DNA of 64,000 nucleotides from Candidatus Methanomethylophilaceae archaeon (GTDB taxonomy: Archaea; Thermoplasmatota; Thermoplasmata; Methanomassiliicoccales; Methanomethylophilaceae). A program made the position numbers and the translations under genes. The number at the start of each line of letters is the position of its first letter. The first letter of the stretch is position 1. Below, in pieces: positions 18,825 through 28,887 of this stretch. Under the pieces are notes generated by a model that did no database searches, was not told the origin of the DNA, and worked only from the letters and a program-made list of their open reading frames with translations. The stretch is from NCBI GenBank assembly GCA_944320495.1, contig CALUHR010000009.1, positions 64,001 through 128,000 on the forward strand, read 5' to 3'.

Positions 18825-20042
18825 TCAGCTCTCTGAGACCGACGCTGCAATGGCGTCGGCCAGCGCCTCCAGTTCGGGCACCTGCTCCGGTGCCAGGGAG
18901 GACTTTATCGTCAGGGTCTCGCCGACCTTGGTCATGCCCTTCATGCCGGACACGCGCTCCTCGATGATCCTGTCGGCCTGGGGCGCCCAGGAGCCGTTGC
19001 CGATGACGGAGTACCTCCTGTTCTGGACCGCCATGATCTCCATGTCCTCTATCGTGGAGGACATCGACGGGTGCAGGGCGTTGTTGTACGTCGTGGATGC
19101 GAACACGATGTTGGTGAAGCGGAATGCGTCCGCCACCGCGTAGGACGGATGCTCGACGGTCATGCTGTGCATGGTGACGTTCTCCACGCCGCGCTCCTTC
19201 AGCATGATGGCGAGCCTCTCGGCGACCGCCGCGGTGTTCCCGTAGACGGAGGTGTAGGCTATGGTCACACCCCTCTCCTCGGGCTCGTATCTGCTCCAGA
19301 GGTCGTACTTGCCGAGTATGTATCCGAGGTCGCTCCTCCATATGGGCCCGTGGAGCGGGCAGATCATGTCGATGGGGACGTCCTTCAGCTTGGCGATGAC
19401 GTTCTGGACCTTCGCCCCGTACTTCCCGACTATGTTCGCGTAGTACCTCCTGGCCTCGTTCAGGTAGTCCCTGTCGAAGTCGGTCTCGTCCGCATAGAGC
19501 GCTCCGGAGACCGCCTTGAACGTCCCGAAAGCGTCGGCCGAGAAGAGGATCCTCTCGCCCACGTCGTAGGTGAACATGACCTCGGGCCAGTGGACCATCA
19601 CGGCGAAGTAGAACCTCAGGGTGTGTTTCCCCACTACGAGCTCGTCGCCCTCCTTGACGACCATCCTGTTCTTCGGGCTGATGCGGTAGAAGTTCTCCAG
19701 CATGTCGAAGGTTTTGGAGTTCCCGACCACGGTGACCTCCGGCCAGGCTTCGAGTACCTGTGTGATGCAGGCGCCGTGGTCCGGCTCCATGTGGTTGATG
19801 ATCAGGTAGTCCAGGTCCCTCCCGTCCATGGTCTTGCGGAGGTTCCTCCAGAACTTCGAGGCGATGGAGGAGTCCACAGTGTCAAGGAGGCACGTCTTTC
19901 CCTCGGAGCTGATGAGGTACGAGTTGTACGAGACCCCCTCGGGTATCGGGAACGCTCCCTCGAAAATCGTGGCGGTGCGGTCGTCCCCGCCGATCCAGAA
20001 GATGTCGTCCCTTATGGGCACGGCCGTATCCTTAGGTATCAT
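18825..20042 (-). CDS. fprA: A-type flavoprotein (FprA family)
   Basis: GVSYNSYLI, NHMEPDHG, VHWPE, FSADAFG, ICPLHGP, YTSVYGNT flavodoxin domain. Confidence 0.93.
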   Translation of the reverse strand: MIPKDTAVPIRDDIFWIGGDDRTATIFEGAFPIPEGVSYNSYLISSEGKTCLLDTVDSSIASKFWRNLRKTMDGRDLDYLIINHMEPDHGACITQVLEAWPEVTVVGNSKTFDMLENFYRISPKNRMVVKEGDELVVGKHTLRFYFAVMVHWPEVMFTYDVGERILFSADAFGTFKAVSGALYADETDFDRDYLNEARRYYANIVGKYGAKVQNVIAKLKDVPIDMICPLHGPIWRSDLGYILGKYDLWSRYEPEERGVTIAYTSVYGNTAAVAERLAIMLKERGVENVTMHSMTVEHPSYAVADAFRFTNIVFASTTYNNALHPSMSSTIEDMEIMAVQNRRYSVIGNGSWAPQADRIIEERVSGMKGMTKVGETLTIKSSLAPEQVPELEALADAIAASVSES

Positions 20043-20113
20043 GCGGGTGCGGAGGTCTCCCGGGCTTAAAGAAGATGGCCCGGGGACCTCGGATGGAATG
20101 TCTGTTAACGCCG

Positions 20114-20647
20114 TTATGACCTGTAGTACACCGACCTCTTCATGGGGAGGACGTTCTCGCAGGTCTCGGCGACCTCCGTGAGCTCGGAGGGCATGTCGTC
20201 GACGACGGGCTGGTGCTCCGTGTCTGACAGGACGGCGAAGGTCGGGCTCCTGGACGAGAACTGGAGCCTCATGGCCTCCGCGGTGTCCCCGCCCATTCTC
20301 TCCGACAGTGTGGAATCCCAGCCCTCGGGCGCCCAGTCCTCCAGCCTCTGGTAGTACGCGTCCAGGGCGACCTCCACCTTGGATGCGGTAACCGCGATGC
20401 CCATGTCCGGTCTTCCGACGACCCATTCGGCGAAGAGCCTGGCGCCCTGCCCGTGCTCCAGACGGCCGACGCATGTCCAGAACGGATCGAAGTCGAGTCC
20501 GAGATTCCGGGCGGCCTCGGCGGGCAGCCCCGGTCTGACGAGGGTGCATCTGCCTTCGCCAACCCACCATCTGATGCGGTTGTGGTCTGCGGGGAACCAG
20601 ATGTGCCCCGCCCTCTGCATGGCCTCCGGGCTGTCGTCGTAGCTCAT
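20114..20647 (-). CDS. Hypothetical protein (177 aa)
   Basis: ATG-TAA ORF with an upstream TTTTATTA element; no family recognised. Confidence 0.65.
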   Translation of the reverse strand: MSYDDSPEAMQRAGHIWFPADHNRIRWWVGEGRCTLVRPGLPAEAARNLGLDFDPFWTCVGRLEHGQGARLFAEWVVGRPDMGIAVTASKVEVALDAYYQRLEDWAPEGWDSTLSERMGGDTAEAMRLQFSSRSPTFAVLSDTEHQPVVDDMPSELTEVAETCENVLPMKRSVYYRS

Positions 20648-20811
20648 GGGGCTCGCATTCCGATGTCTTCATAATAAAAGGGCGCACGGGACGGACGGGG
20701 ATTAAGCCCGGTTGAGGGCCTGATGTAATAAAATGGGCAGTTGGAACCGTCATCCAAATATAATTCGCGGTGCATGCCAGACGTAGGTGTGAGCTAGTGG
20801 ACAAGGTAGAG

Positions 20812-21426
20812 ATGTCGCCCATCCTCCTCTCTCCCGGCAACAGGCTGGTGACGGTCTTCGGAGGGGGTAGGGTCGCCCTTCGCAAATGCCGCCATTTTGA
20901 CGGATTCAGGATACGCGTGGTCTCCGAGGAGGTCATGCCCGAGCTGAGGGAGCTGGCGGAGGAGGTCCTCATCGATTCCATCGACAGGGACAACGTCCTG
21001 CGCTACATCGAGGGGTCCGACATCGTCGTGGCCGCCACGTCCGACCACGCGCTCAACGATATGATAAGGGACACCGCTATGTCCCGGGGGATAATGACCA
21101 ACTCCGCCCACGGCGGAGGGGACGTCCTAATACCATCGACCCTCCACAGGGACGGCTGGACGGTCTGCGTGTCATCCGAGGGTCGCGTCCCGGCGTTCCC
21201 ACCCTATGTGATCGAGAGGATCGACGAGATGCTCGACCCATCGTACGATGCGATGCTGGCACTGCTGGTCGACCTGAGGGTCGTCATAAGGGAGAGGATA
21301 CCCACGCAGCCAGGTAGGGCGGAGTTCCTCGCAGGGGTGCTCGCAGATGAGGACGTCTGGGACCTCCTGAGGGAGGGCCGCGGCGGGGAGGCGAGGGAGC
21401 TGGCTCTCGCGAGGGGAGGTCTCCGA
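20812..21426 (+). CDS. sirC: Precorrin-2 dehydrogenase
   Basis: VTVFGGGRVALRK, VVAATSD; ends CTC CGA TGA, with the A of CGA starting the hemA ATG (CGATG). Standard-code stop 21429. Confidence 0.85.
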
Positions 21427-22667
21427 TGATAGTTAGCATGCATGTTACGCACACCTCGGCCGGAGGCACGACGGGTCTGAACGACGTCGTCCCGAGGCTG
21501 GAGGAGGAGGCGGCCAAACGTCTGCCGGGCATACAGTGGATCTCGGAGTACGTGGTGGTCCGCACCTGCAACCGTTTCGAGATTTACGCCGCCACTGGCA
21601 GCAACCTCTCGGTCAGGGAGTTCTTCGATTCGATGATCAGGACGATAGTCCCCTCGTCGAACATCTCGTACACGCTGGACGACAGGGACAGCATCAAGCA
21701 CCTCTTCAGGGTGGTCTGCGGTCTGGACTCCCTCATCGTCGGCGAGGACCAGATCCAGCATCAGGTCCGTGAGTCGTACATGAGGGCGAGAGAGGAGGGA
21801 CATGTCGGAAGCATGCTCTCCCATCTGTTCGACAAGGCGATGGCCGTCGGCAAAAGGGTCAGGACCGAGACGTCCCTGAACAAGGGGGCCGTATCGGTGG
21901 GATCCGCGGCGGTGGAGCTGGCCGAGGGTCGTCTGGGGGACCTGTCCGGCAAGAGCATCACGATCCTGGGGGCGGGCGACATAGCGTCCGTCATCGCGAA
22001 GAACCTTATGGGCAAGAACCTGGGCACCGTCGTCGTCTCCAACCGTACGTACAGCCGCGCCATAGAGCTGGCGAGCGAGCTGGGCGGCAAGGCCGTCAGC
22101 ATGGCCAGGATGACCGACGCCGTGGCGGACTCGGACGTTGTCCTGGTGGCCACGGGCGCACCGCACGCCGTGCTCAAGTGCAGTCATGTCAGCGAGGCCA
22201 TGGCAAGGAGACCGGACCGCCCGCTGCTTGTGATCGATGTAAGCATACCCAGGAACACCGAGGACTCGGTGTCCGGGATACCGAACGTCGACGTGGAGAA
22301 CATGGACTCGCTGCAGTCCATAGCCATGAGGAACGTCGAGCGCCGCAAGTCGGAGATCGCCGCCGCCGAGAGGATCATCACGGAGGAGCTGGCGAAGATC
22401 GACTCGGAGCAGAAGGAGCAGTACGCCAACGACGTCATCAGGCGCATTGGGATCAAGCTCGCGGGCATACGCGAGCATGAGCTTGGAACCGCTAGGTCTC
22501 GTGTGGGTTCCGCCGACATGGAGGAGATCCTCGAAGACCTGTCAAGGGCGATGGTCAACAAGATCACCGCCGAGCTTTACAAGAATCTGAGGGAGGCATC
22601 CCGCGACGGCCGCATGGAGACTTGCGGCGCCGCTGTGGAGCTCTTCGGACTGGAGGATTCGGAATGA
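21426..22667 (+). CDS. hemA: Glutamyl-tRNA reductase
   Basis: RTCNRFEIY, GLDSLIVGEDQI, ILGAGDIA, NRT, DVSIPRN. Confidence 0.95.
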   Translation: MIVSMHVTHTSAGGTTGLNDVVPRLEEEAAKRLPGIQWISEYVVVRTCNRFEIYAATGSNLSVREFFDSMIRTIVPSSNISYTLDDRDSIKHLFRVVCGLDSLIVGEDQIQHQVRESYMRAREEGHVGSMLSHLFDKAMAVGKRVRTETSLNKGAVSVGSAAVELAEGRLGDLSGKSITILGAGDIASVIAKNLMGKNLGTVVVSNRTYSRAIELASELGGKAVSMARMTDAVADSDVVLVATGAPHAVLKCSHVSEAMARRPDRPLLVIDVSIPRNTEDSVSGIPNVDVENMDSLQSIAMRNVERRKSEIAAAERIITEELAKIDSEQKEQYANDVIRRIGIKLAGIREHELGTARSRVGSADMEEILEDLSRAMVNKITAELYKNLREASRDGRMETCGAAVELFGLEDSE

Positions 22668-23632
22668 TGTACCCGGAAGTTCGCCTCAGGAGGCTGAGGC
22701 AGAGTCAGAGGATGAGGGACCTGGTCTGCGAGACGCGCGTCAGCAAGGACGAGCTCATGCTCCCCATGTTCTTCGATGCGAACATCGGCGAGACGAAGTA
22801 CACGGACTCCATGCCCGGCGTGCCGACCCACCCGCTCAGCGGATACGACGCCATCGCGTCCGGCATCCAGGACAGCGGTGTCGGGTCGGTCCTGGTCTTC
22901 GGCGTCCCATCGCACAAGGACCCCACGGGCACCGGCGCCTATGAGGAGCACGGCGTGGTCCAGAAGGCCATCGAGGGCCTCAAGGAGAACTCGGACCTGC
23001 TGGTCGCGGCCGATCTCTGCCTGTGCGAGTACACCGACCACGGTCACTGCGGGGTCCTCACGGAGGATGGGGAGGTGCTCAACGACGAGACCCTCGACCT
23101 CTACGCGAGGACCGCCGTCTCCCAGGCCCAGGCCGGTGCGGACATGATCGCACCCAGCGGCATGATGGACGGCGAGGTCGCCGCCATCAGGCAGGCCCTG
23201 GACGACGCCGGGTTCAAGAACGTCCCCATCATGGGTTACAGCGCCAAGTTCCAGTCCGCGTTCTACGGACCGTTCCGCGACATCGCGGACTCCGCTCCCG
23301 GCAAGGGGGACCGCGCCGGATACCAGATGGCCTGGGGCAACGCCCGCGAGGCCATGAGGGAGATCGAGTTCGACATCGCCGAGGGCGCGGACATCATCAT
23401 GGTCAAGCCCGCCCTGCCCTATCTGGACATAATCAGGATGGCGAGGGACCGCTACGACATGCCCATAGCCGCCTACCAGGTCTCTGGCGAGTACGCCATG
23501 ATCAAGGCCGCGGCCGCCAACGGATGGATCGACGAGCAGCGCATCATGCGCGAGTCCATCACCGCGATCAAGCGCGCCGGCGCCGACATCATAATCACCT
23601 ATTTCGCCGAGGACATGGCGAGGATGCTCTGA
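22664..23632 (+). CDS. hemB: Porphobilinogen synthase
   Basis: DLCLCEYTDHGHCG, APSGMMDG, YSAKF, MVKPALPYLD, AYQVSGEY. Confidence 0.96.
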   Translation: MMYPEVRLRRLRQSQRMRDLVCETRVSKDELMLPMFFDANIGETKYTDSMPGVPTHPLSGYDAIASGIQDSGVGSVLVFGVPSHKDPTGTGAYEEHGVVQKAIEGLKENSDLLVAADLCLCEYTDHGHCGVLTEDGEVLNDETLDLYARTAVSQAQAGADMIAPSGMMDGEVAAIRQALDDAGFKNVPIMGYSAKFQSAFYGPFRDIADSAPGKGDRAGYQMAWGNAREAMREIEFDIAEGADIIMVKPALPYLDIIRMARDRYDMPIAAYQVSGEYAMIKAAAANGWIDEQRIMRESITAIKRAGADIIITYFAEDMARML

Positions 23633-23636
23633 TACC

Positions 23637-24905
23637 ATGGACCAGTCTGCGAAGCTCTACGAGGAGTCCCGCGGGCTCGCGCCCGGAGGCGTCAGCAGCC
23701 CCGTCAGGATGTTCCAGCCCAACCCCCTCTTCATCGCGAAGGGCCAGGGGTCCAGGGTCACCGACGTCGACGGCGAGGAGTTCATCGACCTGTGCATGGC
23801 GTACGGGCCTCTCATCGCCGGCCACGCACATCCTGAGGTCACTGCCGCGGTGCAGGAGCAGATCGTCAAGGGAACCGTCTACGGCGCCCCGTCCGAGCCC
23901 GAGCTGGCGCTAGTGAGGAGGATCGCCTCGGCGGTCCCATCGGCGGACATGGTCCGTCTGGCCAACTCCGGCACGGAGGCCACAATGCACGCGATACGCA
24001 CCGCTCGCGGGTACACGGGCAGGTTCGGCGTCGTGAAGATGAACGGCGGGTTCCACGGGGCGCACGACGCCGTCCTCGTCAAGGCCGGCTCCGGATCGGC
24101 CGAGGGGGTCCCCTCCTCGAAGGGCGTCCCGTCGGGTGCCACCCAGTACACCCACACCGTCGAGTACAACGACATCCAGGCCATGAGCGACCTCCTCGAG
24201 AAGGACAAGGACATCGCCTGTGTCATCATGGAGCCGGTCCTCGGAAACGTCGGCGTGATCCCTCCGGAGGAGGGCTACCTCGAGGAGGTCAGGAAGGTCA
24301 CGCGCGAGAACGACGTGGTCCTGATCTTCGACGAGGTCATCACCGGCTTCCGTCTCGGGCCCAACTGCGCTCAGGGCCGCTTCGGCGTGACCCCGGACAT
24401 GACCACCATGGGCAAGATCATCGGCGGCGGCTATCCCGCCGGCGCGTTCGCTGGAAGGCGCGACATCATGGAGATGGTCGCTCCGCAGGGCCCCGTCTAC
24501 GTCGCTGGGACCTTCGCCGGCAACCCGGTCACGGCCGCAGCCGGACTGGCCACCATCGACCTCATGGCCAGGGGGGACAACTATCAGACCCTGGAGAGGA
24601 GGAGCGACAGGCTCACCTCCGCGATCCGCGACGCCATGGCCGACAGCGGCGTGCCCGGATGCGTGAACTCCATCGGATCGATGTTCTCGATCTACTTCGG
24701 ACCGGAGCAGGTCCGCAACGCCACCGACGCCGAGAGGACGGACCGCGAGGTCTTCGGCAGGATGTTCCGCTACATGCTGAAGCACGGCGTCTACATGGCA
24801 CCGTCCGCACTGGAGGACAGCTTCGTGTCCATCGCGCACACGGATGAGGACATCGACACCCTCTGCGAGGCCTTCTCCGGATTCATGAGAGAGGAGTCCA
24901 GATGA
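23637..24905 (+). CDS. hemL: Glutamate-1-semialdehyde 2,1-aminomutase
   Basis: PGGVSSPVR, NSGTEATM, FHGAHD, FDEVITGFR, GKIIGGG, AGTFAGNP. Confidence 0.96.
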   Translation: MDQSAKLYEESRGLAPGGVSSPVRMFQPNPLFIAKGQGSRVTDVDGEEFIDLCMAYGPLIAGHAHPEVTAAVQEQIVKGTVYGAPSEPELALVRRIASAVPSADMVRLANSGTEATMHAIRTARGYTGRFGVVKMNGGFHGAHDAVLVKAGSGSAEGVPSSKGVPSGATQYTHTVEYNDIQAMSDLLEKDKDIACVIMEPVLGNVGVIPPEEGYLEEVRKVTRENDVVLIFDEVITGFRLGPNCAQGRFGVTPDMTTMGKIIGGGYPAGAFAGRRDIMEMVAPQGPVYVAGTFAGNPVTAAAGLATIDLMARGDNYQTLERRSDRLTSAIRDAMADSGVPGCVNSIGSMFSIYFGPEQVRNATDAERTDREVFGRMFRYMLKHGVYMAPSALEDSFVSIAHTDEDIDTLCEAFSGFMREESR

Positions 24906-25777
24906 GGGTAGGCTCCAGGGAGTCCAAGCTGGCGATGCGCCAGACCGAGATCTTCGTCCAGCGCATGGCTGTGGCGAACCCGGACGTGACGTGCGAGGTC
25001 GTCGGGATGAAGGCCCTGGGGGACATCGACCTGAAGTCCAGGTTGGACCAGCTCCCGAAGACCGGGGCCTTCGTCCGCGAGCTGGATGACGCGATCCTCC
25101 GCGGGGAGATCGACTGCTCGGTGAACTCCCTGAAGGACATCCCCATCGACATGGACCCGGAGCTCGTCATCGCGGCCATGTTCGACAGGGACGACCCCCG
25201 GGATGTCGTACTGCCGTGCCCCCTCGAGGAGCTCCCCGAGGGCGCCCGCGTGGGCACGGCGTCCGTCCGCAGGGAGAGCATCCTCAGGGACGTCAGGCCC
25301 GACCTCGTGATCGAGCCGCTGAGGGGCAACATCCACACGCGCCTCTCCCGTCTCGATGCGGGGGACTTCGACGCGATCATACTCGCCAAGGCAGGTCTGG
25401 ACAGGATGGGCATAGACAGGCCCATGCACGTCCTCGACGACACGGTGTTCGTGCCGGCCCCCGCCCAGGGCATCATAGCGGTCGAGTGCAGGTCCGATGA
25501 CCAGGAGACGCGCTCCAGGATCTCCAAGCTTGAGAGCCGCAGGTCCAGGGCCGAGGCGGGCGTCGAGCGCGGCATCATGAAGCTGATGGGTGCGGGGTGC
25601 TCCTCGCCCGTGGGAATAAACGCGAAGATGGTCGGTGACTCGATCCATGTCGAGGCCGTGTCATACACGTACACCGAGGAGCCGAGGAGGGTCTCCACGG
25701 ACCTCCCGGTCGACTACGTGATGGACGAGCTCCTGGATATCGCCGAGTACCTGACAGGCAGGAGGGATTCGATATGA
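24902..25777 (+). CDS. hemC: Hydroxymethylbilane synthase
   Basis: RVGSRESKLA, SLKDIP, RDDPRD, GTASVRR, LRGNIHTRL, PAPAQG, GCSSP. Confidence 0.95.
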   Translation: MRVGSRESKLAMRQTEIFVQRMAVANPDVTCEVVGMKALGDIDLKSRLDQLPKTGAFVRELDDAILRGEIDCSVNSLKDIPIDMDPELVIAAMFDRDDPRDVVLPCPLEELPEGARVGTASVRRESILRDVRPDLVIEPLRGNIHTRLSRLDAGDFDAIILAKAGLDRMGIDRPMHVLDDTVFVPAPAQGIIAVECRSDDQETRSRISKLESRRSRAEAGVERGIMKLMGAGCSSPVGINAKMVGDSIHVEAVSYTYTEEPRRVSTDLPVDYVMDELLDIAEYLTGRRDSI

Positions 25778-26517
25778 CAGGCAAGGTTTATCTTGTGGGG
25801 GCGGGACCCGGCGACCTGGGCCTGTTCACCGTGAAAGGGCTGCAGCTGCTGAGGGAGGCCGACGTCGTCATGTACGACGCCCTGGCCAACCCCGACCTGC
25901 TCCGCGAGTGCAGGTCCGACGCGGAGCTGATAGACGCCGGCAAGCGCGCGCGGGACCATCATCTCAGCCAGTGGCAGACGAACGAGCTCCTGGTAAAGTA
26001 CGCCCAGGAGGGCAAGGTCGTCGTCCGTCTCAAGGGGGGCGACCCGTTCCTGTTCGGGCGCGGGGCCGAGGAGGCCGAGGAGCTGAGGAAGGCGGGGGCC
26101 GAGGTCCACGTCGTCCCCGGTGTGTCCTCGTCGATATCCGTTCCGGAGCTCGCCGGCATACCGGTCACGCACAGGGACTACGCGTCCATGGTGACCTTCA
26201 TCACAGGCCACGAGAAGGACGGCCGCGAGGGCGACCGCATCGACTGGGGGTCCCTTGTGAACGGCCACGGCACGCTCGTGATACTCATGGGCCTGGGCAA
26301 CGCCGGCAACATCTCCAGGCAGCTTATCGAGGGCGGCATGTCCCCAGACATGCCCGCCGCGGTCATATCCAAGGGCTCAACGCCCGAGCAGAGGGTCGAG
26401 GTCACCACCGTATCAGGTCTAGAGGCAACCATCCGCGACAAGGCGCTGGAGCCTCCGGGCATAATGGTCATCGGCGAGGTGGCCTCGGTCCGTGAGAGGC
26501 TGGGTGACCTGGTATGA
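25774..26517 (+). CDS. cobA: Uroporphyrinogen-III C-methyltransferase
   Basis: VYLVGAGPGD, VVRLKGGDPFLFGRG, VPGVSS, GIPVTHR. Confidence 0.95.
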   Translation: MTGKVYLVGAGPGDLGLFTVKGLQLLREADVVMYDALANPDLLRECRSDAELIDAGKRARDHHLSQWQTNELLVKYAQEGKVVVRLKGGDPFLFGRGAEEAEELRKAGAEVHVVPGVSSSISVPELAGIPVTHRDYASMVTFITGHEKDGREGDRIDWGSLVNGHGTLVILMGLGNAGNISRQLIEGGMSPDMPAAVISKGSTPEQRVEVTTVSGLEATIRDKALEPPGIMVIGEVASVRERLGDLV

Positions 26518-27278
26518 CCACGATAGGGTTCACCAGGCCGTCCAAGAGGCTCCCGGACGCCGTCAAGGAGGCGAGGGACCTCGGGTTCGACGTCATGGTG
26601 GCGCCGTCCCTGGAGATCCTCCCAGGCGAGGATTCGGAGTTCAAGAGGCTGGAGGAGTCGATCCCCGGGAGCATCGTCGTGTTCTGCTCTTCCACAGCGG
26701 TGGAGGAGTGCCAGGCGCGCTTCGGCAACGGTCTCGCGGGCATGGTCTCCGGGGTGAAGGTCGTGTCGATAGGCCCCGCCACCACGGCGAAGCTGAAGGC
26801 CGCGGGCATCGAGCCGTCGGCCGTCCCGGAGGACTACTCGTCCTACGGTCTCGTGGACCTCCTCAAGGGGGAGGCATCCGGTTCCCGCATCGTCCTGGTG
26901 AGGTCCGACAGCGGCACCGACGTGCTCTCCGACGGCCTCAGGGAGGCCGGTGCGGACGTCGTGGACGTCGCCGTCTACCGTCTCAGGGAGGCCGGCATGG
27001 GCAACGGCATGCTCCATATGATGATCTCCCTCAAGCAGGGGAAGATCGACGCTCTGGCGTTCTCCTCGCCCATGTCCGCGTCGTCCTTCATCTCGAAGCT
27101 CGAAGATCGCTACGGCAAGGAGAGGGCGGCGGAGTATCTTCACGGGACGAAGATCGCGGCCATAGGGCTGCCAACATCCAGGAAGCTGGAGGAACTGGGG
27201 TTCAAGCCCGACATAGTGCCGGAGAAGACGACCTTCCACGACATGCTGCTGGCCATCCGCGAGGAGTTCCAGCAGTGA
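26514..27278 (+). CDS. hemD: Uroporphyrinogen-III synthase
   Basis: FTRP, SIGPATT, VAVYRL, FSSPMS, AIGLPT; ATGA-coupled last gene of the hem operon. Confidence 0.9.
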   Translation: MTTIGFTRPSKRLPDAVKEARDLGFDVMVAPSLEILPGEDSEFKRLEESIPGSIVVFCSSTAVEECQARFGNGLAGMVSGVKVVSIGPATTAKLKAAGIEPSAVPEDYSSYGLVDLLKGEASGSRIVLVRSDSGTDVLSDGLREAGADVVDVAVYRLREAGMGNGMLHMMISLKQGKIDALAFSSPMSASSFISKLEDRYGKERAAEYLHGTKIAAIGLPTSRKLEELGFKPDIVPEKTTFHDMLLAIREEFQQ

Positions 27279-27304
27279 GAAAACAGGGGCCGATGGCCCC
27301 CACT

Positions 27305-27715
27305 TCACTGGTTCCCGAGCAGCCTGAAGCAGCACGGGACCTGGCGGCAGGCGTTGGTGAACAGATACACCTGCGTGTCCCTGCCCTTGAGCTTCTCGAG
27401 AGCTTTCTGCCAGTCCATCACGGGCACATCCTGCTCAACGATCCAGTTGATCCTGGTGTCCCCGGACGTCATGTCGTCCATGACGCGCACGAGGTCTCTG
27501 GCGAAGTCCACGTCGTTGTCGATGAGGAAGTCCCTGTCGAGCATCACGACCTTGGAGTCCGGCTCCTGTCTCTCTATCTCGCCTCTCACCAGGTCTATCA
27601 GGAATTGCATCCCGTCCGTGCGGAGGCCACCAATTGATCCAATGTTGCGGTCAGAAACGAAGCCGGACACCTTGTCGCGGGGGTCGCTCTCCGAAGGGCA
27701 GGACTGTATTAGCAT
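27305..27715 (-). CDS. Hypothetical protein, putative paralog of 28543..28875
   Basis: C..E.DP...VSGFVSDR..GS segment shared with the 28543 gene; start uncertain, since the ORF is open to 27871 in AT-rich promoter DNA. Confidence 0.6.
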   Translation of the reverse strand: MLIQSCPSESDPRDKVSGFVSDRNIGSIGGLRTDGMQFLIDLVRGEIERQEPDSKVVMLDRDFLIDNDVDFARDLVRVMDDMTSGDTRINWIVEQDVPVMDWQKALEKLKGRDTQVYLFTNACRQVPCCFRLLGNQ

Positions 27716-27897
27716 GAGGTCCGGATGCGCATCGGCGATAGAAATCGATTGGGGTGGATACCACAGGGCGATGGGAACTGGATATGGACGATTAATGATG
27801 TAAGAATTATAAATGATAGACAATAGCTTATAATCCTGTTTGTACACGCTCAGATATAAGTAGAACGACAATCCTATACTTCAGCCGAGGTTATCCA

Positions 27898-28479
27898 ATG
27901 TCATTCTTCGATAACACGAAAATCGCTGGATGGGGCCTGTTCCTCGTCGCCATCCTGTCGATCATCAGCGCCATCATCTCCATCTACAACGGAGCGGTGA
28001 AGGAGGGCGATGACAGGCTCGCTCTCGTCGTCGCCGGTATCGGTGCGCTTCTGGCGGCCTTCATCTACTTCGGTTTCGGAAACAGCGTCCGCAAGGGCGA
28101 GATTGACAAGAAGATCGACGTCCTCGCTCAGTTCGTCAAGACTGTCGGACTCGCCACCATCGTCGCCTCTCTGTTCGGAGCGATCGCTGGAACCTGGGGA
28201 GTCAGCATCTCCACCTGGTCCAACGTCGGTATGATAATCCTCGGTATCATCATCTGCTGGATCGCCGGCAAGATCAACGACGGCAAGACCACCAACTTCG
28301 ACAGGATCCTTTGGATCATCCTGGTCGTCATCTTCCTCGTCTTCTTCATCCTCAGGCTCTCCGGAGCATTCGGCGGAGCATGGTACGACATCCTCGCCAG
28401 CATCCTGATGGCCATCGTCTACCTCTACATGCTCATCTTCATGTTCGACAGCGATGTCAGGAAGAGGATGGGTATCTGA
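27898..28479 (+). CDS. Integral membrane protein (about 6 TM)
   Basis: Alternating hydrophobic stretches; clean ATG-TGA ORF. Confidence 0.8.
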   Translation: MSFFDNTKIAGWGLFLVAILSIISAIISIYNGAVKEGDDRLALVVAGIGALLAAFIYFGFGNSVRKGEIDKKIDVLAQFVKTVGLATIVASLFGAIAGTWGVSISTWSNVGMIILGIIICWIAGKINDGKTTNFDRILWIILVVIFLVFFILRLSGAFGGAWYDILASILMAIVYLYMLIFMFDSDVRKRMGI

Positions 28480-28542
28480 TCCGGAAGGATCCGATCGAAA
28501 CCCCTTCCCAAACCCTTTACCTTCTGTCGCGTTCCCCGTCTC

Positions 28543-28875
28543 ATGAGCTGCTGTTCCGCCGAGGAGGACCCCGCCACCCTGGAGGCCAGGGTCTCAGCAT
28601 TCGTCTCCGACCGTTCCGTGGGCGCGGTGACCGGCCCCCGCAGGATGTCCCGCGAGGACTTCGTCAGATACGTAGCGGATGCGGCCAGGACCAAGGGCAA
28701 GGATGTGGTCGTCGAGCCGGCCCCGGGGGACCGCGCCGGTACTCTGGTTTTCATGCACTGGAAGGATGTCGACGACAGTGTGCTGGCCTCCAATCCGGAC
28801 GCCGACATCCTATGCGGCCAGGATTTGTGCCACCAGGTCCCCGTCGTCATACGCCTGAACAGGCTGGATGACTGA
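28543..28875 (+). CDS. Hypothetical protein (110 aa)
   Basis: MSCCSAEEDP..VSAFVSDRSVGA. Confidence 0.6.
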   Translation: MSCCSAEEDPATLEARVSAFVSDRSVGAVTGPRRMSREDFVRYVADAARTKGKDVVVEPAPGDRAGTLVFMHWKDVDDSVLASNPDADILCGQDLCHQVPVVIRLNRLDD

Positions 28876-28887
28876 GACAACCATTAA

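Noticed and set aside
18825-20993. 722-aa flavoprotein fusion
   Set aside because: The region upstream of ATG 20042 is shadow frame over the 20114 gene and sirC.
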